A DNA stretch of 64,000 bases, from assembly GCF_018977255.1 (NCBI RefSeq), contig NW_024704743.1, forward strand, positions 56,546,001-56,610,000. The letters are read 5' to 3'. Below, piece after piece: positions 1 to 12,147 of this stretch (its first letter is position 1; each line of letters starts with the position of its first letter). The notes beneath the pieces are model-generated. The model was not told the origin of the DNA. It was given only the letters and a program-made list of their open reading frames with translations, and searched no databases. The translations under genes were made by a program, and so were the position numbers. The DNA is from Callorhinchus milii. Its lineage: Eukaryota.

Positions 1-559
1 GCGCACTTTAAAAAAACATTTTCGCACCCAACCATTAAATGTGATAAATTACATTTTTTGGGTTTATTGAGAAAAAACTACATTAATTATACGCTGATCC
101 GATGTTTAACATTTCAACAAGTATGATCATTTTATAATGTAAAACATGCTGTTTGCATAACAGATACAGAGCAGTGAAACTTAAGACTCACAGTAATATA
201 GCCTCAAAACTGATATGAATAGGTAATGACACTCCAAACATTTTACTGTGGAAACACTATTAGTATCAGTAATTATTGGATGTATAATAATTAGTCCTGT
301 ATAAGACTAATATTTCACAGCCAAAATAGTTACCCTTTTGCTCTGTAAATAATTATTTGAATTACCTAAGTTGTGTTATATGCACAGCCAAAATGTGCTT
401 GTAACCTCCCAAATTTTAGGATATTTGAACTATAACCTCAGAATTGCCCTGCATTTATTGCCTTTTTTAAATCTGCATGTGAGCACTGAAACAATATATG
501 GGATGGGAACACTACTTCCCAGAAGCTAAGGCATACATTTGGGGCTTCTTGTGGTGAAT

Positions 560-790
560 AATAATAATCCCTGCATTTCATATGGTGCCTTTTCATTTCA
601 GTTGGATGTCTCTCCAAGTGCTTCACTGGATATGTTGTAAAGTGCAGTGACTGGATATTTTGTGGGTGAACACAGCAACCAATTTATGCACAACAATATC
701 CCACAAACAGCCATGAAGTGAATGACTAATTTTATCTGGGGCATTGTTGGCCAAAATACCAAGAGTAACTCCCTTCTCTTTTCAAATAGT
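560..790 (-). mobile_element. Deu-domain SINE (SacSINE1-like), 3' part
   Basis: Reverse-strand (TTA)n tail, L2-like 3' end and Deu-type core (gcacaacaatatcccacaaacagc) shared with many copies in the window. Confidence 0.8.
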
Positions 791-959
791 ACATATTAAT
801 TAACTAATCAAACGTAATTTTGATTACAAAGTGAACCTATTTTCCCATGCGGAGAAGAGTAAGCAGAACCTTCTTTTACTTACAAGTCACAATAGAGGTG
901 AAAATTTTGGCACTATCTGATAATTATAACTGATCTGATATTACTGACTTCAAGCCAAT

Positions 960-1262
960 GGGGGTGGGGAGGTGGCCGTAAGCACGGTTGAAGAGGAAGG
1001 TCTTCAGCCGGGACTTGAAAAAGGGGAGAGAGGGGGCAAGATGGAGGGATTGAGAGAGCGTGTTCCAGAGTTTCAGGGCATAGTGGCTGAAAGCGCGACC
1101 TCCGATGGTGGGGCGGAGGGTGCGAGGACGGGCAGGCGGCCGGTGCCAGTCGAGCGGAGGCGCCGGCTGGTGGATTGAGGAGTGAGGAGGTCGGAAAGGT
1201 AGGGAGGTGTCAGAGAGAGAAGGAATTTGAACACAAGTCCAAGGATCTTGAAATTGATCCGT
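960..1262 (-). mobile_element. L2 LINE 3' fragment
   Basis: ORF 1073..1306 peptide RINFKILGLVFKFLLSLTPPYLSDLL is the L2 ORF2 C-terminus; matches the L2 copies at 45.7-47.1 kb and 58.0-58.8 kb. Confidence 0.9.
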
Positions 1263-1892
1263 TTGTTTCTGATATTAGCAGCAAAAATATGGCCAAAATA
1301 TGTCAATACTCATTTGACCATTGACTTTGGATGGGGCGGGGGGTGCTGTGGAACAAACTTCCTGTATTCAACACAATTGCTGCTTGTGAAATCATCTCAA
1401 AGGTGTTATTAATCTCTATCTTCATTGTCACTGATTGAAGAGCAAGCACCCTTATTGCTGACAGCAAAGCACAGTGTTTCAGCAAAAATATGGCCAAAAT
1501 ATGTCAATACTCTTTTTCTCAAAATAAAGAATTCTCTCAACCCAAGTCTGTATTTGTAGCGACACTGCGGGTCATGTAACTTACCTCTGGCGACCAGAAT
1601 AATTTTGTTTTGTTCGACCTGGATTCCCTATTAAGAAAAGCCTGTAGCATTTACAGTTTAAACCCCACATGTTTAAGCACATGATTCAGTCTCAGGAGGC
1701 TTCTGGTAATCACTGACCACTAGAACTGAAAACAGTAAAAATTTACTATATTTTCTGAATATACATTCTAACAAATAACTCATTCTGTAATGTGTTGCAA
1801 GCCAAGAACATATCTCAGGCTTGAGATGACATTCATATGCTGGTTGAGCTTCAATTTCATGGTTTAAAAGAAAACGAGTTTTCAGAAATTGT

Positions 1893-1995
1893 GTTCTCAT
1901 GAAAGATCACTCCCAAACCTTAACCTATCTTTCTCTGACAGATGCTGATCTACTTGCTGTGCATTTCCAGAGGACTTTCTGTTTGCATTTGAACC
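1893..1995 (+). mobile_element. Penelope-like element terminal (pLTR) fragment with decayed hammerhead motif
   Basis: gttctcatgaaagatcactcccaaaccttaac...cagatgctgatctacttgctgtgcatttccag is homologous to the reverse-strand pLTR at 56165-56577. Confidence 0.6.
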
Positions 1996-2979
1996 TCTCA
2001 ATTCTTATTGCCTTCCAGTGTATGTAGACAGCCTGTTGTCCGAACTACAATAATTGGATTTGACTGTAAAAAGGAAGGCAGTACTTTTTGTCAGACATAA
2101 AGTTAATTATGGGTAATGAAGTGCAATTTGGTTATAATTCGCAGCTCAACGAGGCAGCATAAAGTAATTGTAGAATGTAAATGTCTAATTATGTAAAATG
2201 ATTTGTAACAATGTTTTGGTGGTTTAATAATGTATGACTCACTTTATTAAGAATTATAACAATGATGGTAATATAGAATCAATAATGTTCCTTTCCCAGG
2301 CAAGTTAATTCAAAATTTTCTTCATTCGTTAGTTTTCTTGCTTTAAAATACAAGTTTTACAACTAAGGACTAGATCAAGTTTATCAGTTTAACAAAAGGA
2401 AAATTAAAATTTTGAGTATGCCAGTATTTTGCAGATGATAGATTCTGCTCATGGTTTTGTTTTTGCCAATATTTTGAAGGTACTCTTTCTAGAATACAGT
2501 TTCACATTAACTGACCCAAGTAATCTATTCATGTGTGAGATTAGACATTTAAGTGCTGTTTTTCTCTATTCAACTAAACCCAATCATGTTCTCACCATCC
2601 ATTTCATCTCCTCTAATTCCTGCCCATCTGAAATCAGATAAACCATCTAGACTAAGGATTATGTCTGAAACAATCTTGGTCTTTATAAATTAGTTTTATA
2701 CCACATAGTGGCTTTACCAAGTGAGTGGAGTGGATTTTTTTGAGTATTATCAAAGCACATTATCTTTATAACCTTTAATCCAGTTCTTAAAGTTATGTTT
2801 AATTTGAATAAGAAACAAAATATATTGATAACTCATGTTTACCGATAAACAATGATAGCTTGAACAGATGGTTCCATTGGGGATTAAATGATGCATGATA
2901 GATTCGATCTTCATTAAGTCAGTTATTCAAAATGTTCATGTTGTAAAATAAAATTTTACTCAGCTAGTTTTCACCAGTA

Positions 2980-3602
2980 AGAGATGGTAAAGCGAATCGA
3001 TATTGATTCCACCAACACCATAACTTTCAGAAATTCCATGAAATAAATGTCTGCCAGTGATTCCAATTCAAGGGTCAAGTCTAAATTGCTCTTTGAAATG
3101 GACGGTGAAACATTTTCTTCACATCAGTAATCTTCTACCAGATATCCATGCAGGATCTCCTAGTTCAAAAGATTGGGTGACAAATTATCATCTGCGATAA
3201 CTGTCACATATTACATTTTTTCCACCCCATTGTGCTTATTTGCTTTGTAACTTTTTCCTGTGTCCTTGTGCTGTACCTTTTGACTCAGTGGTGCAGGAGC
3301 ATCACTTTATAAACTCTTCCACAGAAATCCCTATGTTTCTCAGGTACCAGAAGTTCATGGATCACTTTGCTAAAGCTAAAATTTTCCAAGTTGTGGGCCC
3401 AGACCACTTTCTGCTTTGTTCGCTGCTGCAATTGCTGTCTGGTATTGATAAGAGTCAAAGATTTCATTTCATATTATCTGTCTGGGTCAAAACAAATGTT
3501 AGATACTTACATTTGCTGGCACATGCAAGTCACCTAAAATTTCTCAAAACACCTGTGCATAAAAATATATATCCTGAAATAGCTAAAGATTTAGTAATTT
3601 GA
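2980..3602 (+). mobile_element. Decayed L1-clade ORF1 (RRM + CTD) relic
   Basis: ORF 3240..3602 contains KFMDHFAKAKIFQVV (cf. KFL.F.DK.KIL) and WVKTNVRYLHLL...IYPEIAKDL (cf. G.RY.LLYPA...F..PEEA..FL). A GR*N..HISNLLPD remnant lies upstream (~3100-3145). Confidence 0.5.
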
Positions 3603-4039
3603 ACTACAAAATACAATTTCTCTGCAATTGAAGGCCTTGGGGATTGTATCTATTGATTATGAGATGATAAACACAAAGATCCATTTTTAAGTATTTTAAG
3701 GATTCTTGTCCCATGTACCAGTGAAAAGGTAAGTTATCCAGCAGAGAAGTGATATTCACTCACCATCACTGCCTGGCAACACTTCACCAACAAGTTCAGT
3801 GTGTGTTGCATTCAGTCTGTCAGTGCCAGCTGGTTGTATAATCACAATGCAGATTAAAAGCAAACACTACTTCAGACAATGAAGATTTATAAGAATGTAT
3901 TTTTTCCGCTCCTGCAATGTTAGTCAGTTTGGATTGCGAACGCTCTGAAGTGACTTAAAGATTTGAAAACTCCAAATGTTATATGTTAGTCCATCTTTAG
4001 AAAAGAAGCATGTTTCTGCACTTTTTGGTGAATATAGGC

Positions 4040-4430
4040 TAATAAGGCAGCCAATTGCTGCCAAGTGTAGTGACTTTATATTTGTAGGCAAATGCACCAG
4101 CCATTTGCACAGAGCAAGGTGCCACAAACAGCCATAAAGCAAATGAAAAATTAATCTGAAGGATTGTTATCCAGGACACTAGACAAACATTAGACAAAGT
4201 TTTATTTTGAACAGCGTCATTGAATATGTTCACACAATATTTACACAACATATAATGTAGCACACAGATCTCAGTTTAACATTTAACCCAAATAACAGCA
4301 TCTCTGACAATATATGGGTCTCTCAGTACTGCACTGGAGTGACAGCCTGCAGTATGAGCTGAACTCTCAATGTGAGGCTTCAACCCACAATCCTCTGGCC
4401 CAGAGATGAGAGTGCTACACTGTGCACATG
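4040..4430 (-). mobile_element. Deu-domain SINE (SacSINE1-like)
   Basis: Deu core, cagtactgcactggagtgacagcc block and tRNA-like head remnant on the reverse strand. Confidence 0.8.
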
Positions 4431-4639
4431 ATGACAGAAGTCAATCTTATGTTACTGAGACAATTTCAATTTGGAGATTTTAAGGGACACATCGGCAAAA
4501 CAAACACTGTGTAGGGAAAGCACTGATAGCAATCATATCTGTAGAACATCATTGTTGTCAGCATTTGTAATTCACTCGTTAAATCTTGCAGCTGTATTTT
4601 ATAATAGCAGAAATAATAATAATCTCTGCTTTGATATAT

Positions 4640-4968
4640 AGTGCCCATAACTTCAAAAATGTCTCAAAATTTCTGTTAGTTGCAGTTGACTGTGTATTTG
4701 TAGGCAAAGGCCACAGCCAACTTGCACACAGGAATGTTTCCCAAACCACTGTGAAGTGAATAGCCAATTTTACTGTTAACCGCGAGACTGGGTAGAAATT
4801 CCCTTTTTCCAAATAGTGCCAAAGGATCTTTAATATCCACTTAAATGATGAGACACAAGGTCAGGTCAAATTCTCAATCAAAGAGCAGCATCTCCAGCCT
4901 TTACTGTGAGCTCAAAGTCTCGATGCGGGTTGAACCTACAACCTTCAAATGCAGAAGCAAGAGTGCTA
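4640..4968 (-). mobile_element. Deu-domain SINE (SacSINE1-like)
   Basis: aaatagtgccaaaggatctttaatatccac block and B-box remnant (ttgaacctacaaccttc). Confidence 0.75.
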
Positions 4969-4984
4969 TTTTGATCGTACTTAC

Positions 4985-5080
4985 GGTCACCTTCCCACTC
5001 CCTTTCCCCCTAGCTCATTGTCTCAGGACGCTACCTCGCGTGCAAGGCGCTATATAAATGCAAGTTGTTGTCGTCGTTGT
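4985..5080 (+). mobile_element. L2 3' tail fragment
   Basis: Ends in gcgctatataaatgcaag followed by a (GTT)-like repeat, as do the other L2 tails. Confidence 0.75.
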
Positions 5081-5399
5081 TAATTACTCTCTGAGTAAAA
5101 GAAAAAACTTCCTGTTAAGTGTCCTAAAGTTGCCCTTTACAGCTCTAAACCTATATCCTCTTGTGCTTCATCCCATTGGTTTGAGTTTACTTTTTCAATC
5201 CCAAGTACAATGTTGGACCTCTATGAGGTCCACTCTGAGTCATGACTGAGTGGTTCAGAATTTAAGGATTTTAAGGATTCCTGATTGCTACATATAAACT
5301 GAGGTAAACTAGAGAAAAAAAATGGCCTTTACATGTTACCCAAGAGTAGCCTAAGCCACTGTATTTGTATGTTTGGACTGTGTTGTCAGGCGTGTCAGT

Positions 5400-7020
5400 A
5401 AGTGTGTACTGTATTAATAGTTTTAGAGCTGATTATGCACATGAGGTTCATTATAATTCAGAAAAATGATATGAAGGATCCCTTAATGGACTGCCTTGTA
5501 TTGACCAAGGCTAGCAGTGACCCGAGGAATTTCCTTCTCTCTAACATTCAAAAGACTATTTGTACAGTGTTTACTTATTCATTACCAGCTGCTTCCCATT
5601 TCTTTGCATCATAGTAATTGTATCTTCAGTAATGTGGAACCTATATTTAAACAACCTTTAGCCAAACGCTTCCTTTAGATGAAAGAATATATATTTTTGT
5701 AATGCTTTATCACGCCTCAAATAGATTTACAGTAATTACTGCCAAGTGTAGTGACTGTTTTTTGTAGGCAAACAGCTTATCCGTTTTACACACAATAAAT
5801 TCCTACAGAAAGCCATAAGGTGACTAACCGATTAATCCAGAGGTTTGTTGGCCAAGAGTCAAGGAGAGACTTTGGGGATAAATTTGTGTTAGCAACTGAA
5901 CCATGCATGTATCAGTCCTGAATGGGTTTCACACACCAAGAGAGGTGGGTGGAAAAACCTACTGTGACATTTATCTTCTTTCTGCTTTCAGACCAAATCA
6001 ATTGTATGTTGCCCTAGGTTCCCTCCATTGGTCACTGAGTGAACTCTTTTGACTTCAGCCATTTGTTCAATGGCACACGGTCAGCTTTAGTAAATATGGA
6101 ATGACCTTCCTCACATCCCCTGCCACTCATTTGTATTGAACAGCCAACCTGGTCACTTCCTGCAGAGACCCATATCTCTGTCCTTTTGGTTTCCACCTTG
6201 AAAGAGAGCTCAGTTTCTATGTGCAGCTTTCCCCATGTAAGCCTCTGGGATATTCCAATTCTCTGCTGACTCTATACCTTTTCACTGAAATCGGGATCTG
6301 GGCAGCATTCGCAGTCTCTGCTGCTGCATTGACAAACAGCAGTATTGGATAGGTCCTAAACCCATACCTCACTCACTCCACCACTGAGAATTCTATGATG
6401 ACCAACATTTTAAGTGCAGACATCCAAATGGACCAAGACGTTTGATTTTAACCATCATCTTGAATTTTGTTTCTGAATCAAAACACCTGATAGTCAAGAA
6501 ATATCTGATAAATGATCAATACTAGTTTAATTTAAATACCACATTAACTTCACATTTTGCTGTTTACCCAATATATGACAAGCTGTATCACCTTTCAATT
6601 AGAGATTGATGGACAGGCCTCTTTCATATGTTTTGACTACAGACGAATATAAACAAGCACTAAAAGTTCAGATTTTCAGTTTTCGACAGATGGTTCTGTT
6701 CCTCATATCAGGAAGTGTCAGATCTATGAGTTGGCTGCAGATTGATGGAGAGCATCCAAGCTCAATCACACAAATGAGAAGGGTGGCAGTGCAGTGCAGT
6801 TTGGGATTTTCCAATGATATATGAGTTGAAGGAATAATGGTTGAAACTCTCCCCCCCCCAACACACACCCTCTGTCACTTAATTCTGGTGTACAAACACC
6901 TCATGATCTATCAAGCACTGTGGCAGCAGGATCCATCACAGATTGTTATCAACATATTTTTCATTTTTGCATCTTTTACTCTTTGCTAATAATCCATGCA
7001 TAATATTTTCAATGGATGCT
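5400..7020 (+). mobile_element. Ancient L1-clade ORF2 relic (EN end, linker, RT start), probably continuing the 2980-3602 ORF1
   Basis: In order: DPLMD, SHFFAS, LSDQ...HWSLSELF (cf. SDH...WRLN..LL), YDKLY, LTTDEYKQALK (cf. IT.EEI..AIK), QDP...CYQHI (cf. KDP...YRPI). Confidence 0.5.
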
Positions 7021-7584
7021 CTCTTTATAATATATAATGGGGCCTAATTTGCAATATTGTTTACCTGGATTCCTTATTTAAGTTATCTCATTCAGATTCC
7101 TGTTGACCTCCGGAAGCTGTACTCCAAAATACATAGTGTCTGGGAGTGAAGCATCCGGGATGCTACCCCATGTGACAGTCGCTACATAAATGCAAGCTGT
7201 TGTTGTACTGTCAGAGTGAGGCTCTCTTAGGTCAGTGTCATATTTCTGATCACTAGAAGAAGTCCTCCTGTGTACAACTACAATTTCATTATTAAGGAAT
7301 CCCATTAGTACTCAAATCAGACTTCATATTGTATAGCAAATGTTCATGCATTCTTAGAGGAGAATAGAAGGGAGAGGAGGAAGTGGTGAAAACTTGTATG
7401 GAGTATAAACATCGGCTTGGACTGGTTGAGGCGAGTGCCTGCTTTTGTGCATACATTTTTTGTAACTCTTTGTCCAAACAAGCATGTTATTTCTATATTT
7501 GAAAAAAGGTCATACATCTTCATCTTTGCTCTAGGCAAAATTGTTCACTTTGCCCAAAGGATTCAGACACCACAAGTTTTTTTT

Positions 7585-7989
7585 TAAAATGAAGAGTTAG
7601 GAGTAAGAAGGAATTGCAGGCAGAACTCTTTCACACAAAGGGTAAATGGTGGAGTGAGTTGACAGCGAAGGCTATTGAAATGTTGGACAATACAAATGGG
7701 TTCAAGAGACAACTAGATGTGTTACAAGAGAAGGAAGAGACTGAGCAATACAGTGAGAAGAGAGATTGTTGGGGCTGATACCCAAGGCATGAACAAAGGC
7801 TTGTTTTTTGGATCTAATGGCCTTTCCTGTTCTTAGAAATATTTAGGTTCTTGGTGCTTGTCTCTCACTCATTGCTAGCTTGTTTAGGTATCTATCAATA
7901 AGATAAGCCATGATCTTATCGAATGGCGGGGCAGGCTCTAGGGGCCGAATGGCCTACTCCTGCTCCTAATTCTTATGTTCTTATGTTCT
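7585..7989 (+). mobile_element. Two CR1-type 3' ends (older 7585-7850, younger 7895-7989)
   Basis: gaatggcggggcaggctctaggggccgaatggcctactcctgctcct followed by (ttcttatg)n is a typical CR1/HE1 3' terminus. Confidence 0.85.
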
Positions 7990-9084
7990 ATACAAAAATC
8001 TGCGTTTTTGTTTCATTTTTATTGTAATGGGGGAGGGTTCACAGACAGGACATATGTCTGTTGCCATTATTGTGAATGAATAAGATTTAAAATTCAGAGC
8101 TTCACATTTGCTGCCTTGTGACTCACAATATCTTATTTGTTTCATGTATGGTGTCACAGTTCATAGGAAAAAGAGAAATTAATCCATACGGTCAGGGTGT
8201 GTGGATGTGGAAAACCTTTGTATACTGCATGGGAACTTCTGTACTTTATGGGCTTATTTATTTCATGTACACTATGACAGCATGAAACACACCAAATAAG
8301 CTATGTGTTTTGATTAATCATTTATTTTTGTGACGGAGGTTCACAGACAAGTCATATGGTTTGTTGGCACAGTCTTAGTGAAATTGGATTTAAAATTCAT
8401 AATTTCACATTTGAATCACAAAATGATGGGCTCATAGGAAACATAAAAGAGAGAATGAGGAATCTGTGTCTGATAATTTTGAAATGTTGCACCACACACA
8501 TCATCGCAGATGGAATTTGAAGCGGGTTTTATTAGGCTTTACTGGTAGAAAATAGAAAGCTTCGTAGTTAGATTTTATTGCGGCACAAGTGGGAACCAGG
8601 TGTCTGATACGTGTGGAAACCCATCACCATGCTAATCCTGGGCTAATGGGCACCATGTTAACCAAGGTACTGGACAGTCAAGTGAGGGTCCAAATCCATA
8701 ACTGTCCAGGGCCTTGGGATGTCCTCCTGATATGAAAAGTGCTATACAAATTTAATTTGTTGTTGCTGTAGCTAAGGAGTATCCAAACTAGACCGGGAGT
8801 TCACATTGTTAGCTGTAATATGCACCCTGCTTACCTAATTTGGAGAATGTTAGGTGCATATGAATGAAAGTCAAAGCTTATGGACCCCAAAGTGAGTTTG
8901 GAATGCTGAAGGAGTTTAACTAGCTAAATCCCATAGCTAGCTATCGCGAGCACTGTCTGGCAAGCTTACCTCTGCTTGTTCACCCTATCCATTGGCTTGC
9001 AGGGTTAATGGGAGCTCAGTGGCAAAAAATCCCTGCTCCTGGTATTGTAAAAATTGTAATGCAGAAATCGAATGAAACACAATG

Positions 9085-9575
9085 CAAATTTCCATTTATA
9101 TATAATCTTTTACATTGGGAGGACATCCCAAGGCACTGGACAATCCAAGGTTTGCCCTGAGCAAACTTGGTTTGCTTGGTGGGGACCAACGGTGTAGGGG
9201 AGAGGGATGGAGAGATGGTCAAAAACGCAGTTGAAGATGAAGATCTTAAGGCAGATCTTGAAAGAGACGAGGGAAGGAGTGAGCCAAAGGAACTCCGGGA
9301 TGGAGTGCCAGAGAGTGGGGGCAGATCCACTGAAAGCCTGACCGTAGATAGTGGACAGGGCACGTGAAGCCCGCTGAGTGGACGGAACGAATTTGAGGAG
9401 GTTGTAGAAGTACAGTGGGGCAAGGGCATGGGGGGAATTAAAGGGTGGGATGAAATTTTTGAATCCAGTTCAGTGGGGGATTTGTAGTCAGTGGAACCCA
9501 GCAAGAATTGAGATGATAGGCTTGGGGAGCCTCATGCGTGATATGTTGGAAAGGTGCAGAGATTGGGAAGTGCTA
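9085..9575 (-). mobile_element. L2 LINE 3' fragment (older)
   Basis: Reverse-strand L2 tail (tttacattgggaggacatcccaaggcactgga) plus G-rich antisense body. Confidence 0.8.
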
Positions 9576-9835
9576 CAGGTCCTTGCACTTTTGGGACCTG
9601 GGATTTATTCCAACAAACTGATGAAAATAAAAATAACTTCTCTGTCTTTTGGCTGTAAGGGTTTTATGTCATCAGTCCATGCAGTCTTGATCCAGTTCCA
9701 AGCTGGCAAGAAGCAGTAACATAAAATTGTCTCTGACTTTGGCACTAAATTAACAATTTCATTCATAGAGGCCACCAGGATGGCTGGTTTGAGAAATGGC
9801 AATAGTATTCAGGTTGGACGCTAAATACTACTACT

Positions 9836-10130
9836 AATAATAATAATCCTTGCATTTGATGTCGTACTTTATCATGCCTTCAAGCCGTTTCAAATTTCGT
9901 CGCGGTTTAAATGACCTATTTATTTATTTATTTGTTTATTAGAATGAATTATTTACCCCCAGAAAAGTGATCCGCCAATCAACTGACAACCGGTTCTTAC
10001 TTACTGTTAATTAATCAGAGGCGTATGGAGTAAAGAAACTTGCCCAACATTTCACACTGCCCGGGAATTGAGCCCAGGTCCTCTCGCTTGCGAGGCAAAT
10101 GCTCTAACCACTGAGAGACAGAACTCCACA
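9836..10130 (-). mobile_element. tRNA-Ala-derived SINE, long subfamily, internally deleted
   Basis: Reverse-strand head (ggagttctgtctctcagtggttagagc), ggcaagtttc-ttactcca block and (TTA)n tail. Confidence 0.85.
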
Positions 10131-10189
10131 AAAGCTCATTATTGTAGGACAAAATAAGCAAACGTTTATTCATGTCTAAAGTATGTTGA

Positions 10190-10560
10190 CACAGGGACCA
10201 AAGATGGGATATTGTGTAATTCCCCAGCACAGATATCTGTGATCTTGATGAGCAGAAAATATTGAAGTGCCACAAAATAAGTCCAAAATTCGAGTTCCAT
10301 ATTATATTTATCACAGAATGGGCCAGAGGTGGACCCCTTTATACTGCACATGTCGGATCTCTGACTTCACCTTTGAGAACAATCCTGGGCAGACGTCAGG
10401 GTGCGCTCCAGTCATTCCATGTCATAATGTCACATGGACCACAAATTGTGCCCCTACTGGACAAAACCTTTCAGCATTGGTATCAAAAACTCTAAATGAG
10501 AGAAAGTATAAAAAGATTTGAAATTTTCAGGAAATAAGTTGGGTGGAAAATAGATAAAAT
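10190..10560 (+). mobile_element. Ancient L1-clade RT fragment
   Basis: KISPKF...LYTAHVGSLTSPLRTILGRRQG (cf. FGP.F...LY...S..F.L.RG.RQG) in ORF 10262..10495. Confidence 0.5.
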
Positions 10561-10579
10561 TCACTTGAACAACTAAAAT

Positions 10580-10865
10580 AATAATTGCATTTCATTTATG
10601 CCTATTGTGTAGAAACATCACAAGGTGCTTTATAAATAGTTGCTGTCAAGTGCAATGAATGTGTATTTAAAGGTAAATTTGCAGCCAATTTGTGCACACA
10701 ATGTCCCACAAACACCCTTGAGATAAATGACCAATTTATCTGGAAAATTGTTGGCCAGGATACTGAGAGAAACTCCCTTCTCTTTTTGAATCAGGCCATC
10801 AAATCTTTATGTCTAGCTGAACAGGCAGACTGCATGTCAGTTTAATGTCTTCTCTGAAAGTTGGA
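10580..10865 (-). mobile_element. Deu-domain SINE (SacSINE1-like)
   Basis: gcagccaatttgtgcacacaatgtcccacaaac core plus tail. Confidence 0.8.
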
Positions 10866-11057
10866 TGTGAAATAAGATAGAATAAAAAATGTATCACTAG
10901 CAATTGTGAGGGAAACTTAAGTTCAATAAATTCAGGTCTTTATTTGGATGTGTTTGTAATATGTAAAATATTAAGGAGCAAGTGGAATCCCCTTTAAATA
11001 AAGAGAAGCAAACTATCGGATGGAAGAGATTGCACAATAGAAATTCTAAAAACATCG

Positions 11058-11362
11058 TAAATTTATATAGCGCTCTTTATGCATGGTGTCTTGGAGTGCT
11101 GGACAGTGGTTGGATGCAAGCAAGGGAGAGGGAGGTGACTATAGGTAAGGGCAATGAGGTAGGGCTTCACGTGGGATTTAAAGATCGATAATGAGGGGCG
11201 AGGCGGAGGGATGGAGGCAGGGAGTTCCGGAGGTAAAGGGAGTAGTGGCTGAAGGCACGACCAACATTAATGGCACAGATGGGTCGGAATGCACACAGCA
11301 GGCCTGTGTTAGCTAAGTGAAGATGACGGGCACATAAATGGGGTACAGCAGGTCAGAGAGAT
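11058..11362 (-). mobile_element. L2 3' fragment
   Basis: Reverse L2 tail (atttatatagcgctc) and antisense 3' body. Confidence 0.75.
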
Positions 11363-11469
11363 AAATAGTTTTAATACTAGATTTTAAATGTATTTTCACA
11401 ACAATTTTCATGATAGAAAGTGTGGGTATGCCCTTTTCAATAGTTGGAGTGATAGGCAATGCATCCTAG

Positions 11470-12085
11470 TTCTTGGAGAAAATAGAGATTAATAATGAAA
11501 TGTTGCACTTGAATATTCATAAGGAAATGGGACCAGATGGAATGCGTCCAAGAGTACTTAAGGAAATGAGGGTAGAAGTAGGGGGAGCTGTGGCTGAAAT
11601 TTCTTACAGCTCATTAAATACAGCAATAGTATAGAATATGGAAAATAGATAATGTTGTTCCAATTTTTAGGAATGTCAGAAATATGATCCGGGAATTATA
11701 GGCTGTTAACTTGATGTCTATAGTCAGAAAAGCATTGAAGTCTGTTATAAAAGAATCAATTCAACATCATTTAACAAGAACAAAAGCAATAATTTGAAGT
11801 CAGCATGGGTTTGTAAAAGGCAAGCCATGCCTAACAAATTTATTGGAATTCTTTGAGGATGCAACAGATTTGGTGGAGGATGGTGATGTGATGGATAGGA
11901 TATTTTCTGGATGTCAGAAAGAGAGGTGATAAAGTGATCTACAAAAGTTTTGTGGGTGAAATTAATGCTTTGGGGAAATATAAATGTTAGAATGAATTGG
12001 TAAAAAGGAAGACTAGGAAACAATGGGTGGAGATCAATTGCAGTGGACATCAGTGACCAGTGGTGCGGTGTGTCCTGCAGTGGTA
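11470..12085 (+). mobile_element. CR1 RT fragment (decayed)
   Basis: MGPDGMRPRVLKEMRVEV, NVVPIF, DPGNY and QHGF...CLTNLLEFFED remnants. Confidence 0.8.
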
Positions 12086-12147
12086 TGGTGGGCTCTGCAA
12101 TAAAGCAATGAACGTCTTATCTCAATGCAGAGCAGCAGTTACAGAGA

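Larger units (their letters stand above)
1..1880 (+). mobile_element. Ancient decayed L1/Tx1-clade ORF2 relic (RT to CCHC region), interrupted by SINE and L2
   Basis: Translated remnants in L1 ORF2 order: LYADPMFN (~87, cf. LY..P.A.V), ILGY (~413, cf. YLG), a post-RT segment (~840-920) and CICSDTAGHVTYLWRP (~1549, cf. C..C....G...H.FW.C). Many stops and frameshifts. Confidence 0.5.

Noticed and set aside
1585..1627. Candidate 43-nt exon on the - strand (ttttcttaatag|...GAG|gtaagt)
   Set aside because: It has good splice signals but no recognisable protein, and it lies antisense to an L1 CCHC-region remnant. It could only be rescued as an exon of a non-coding antisense transcript by RNA-seq.
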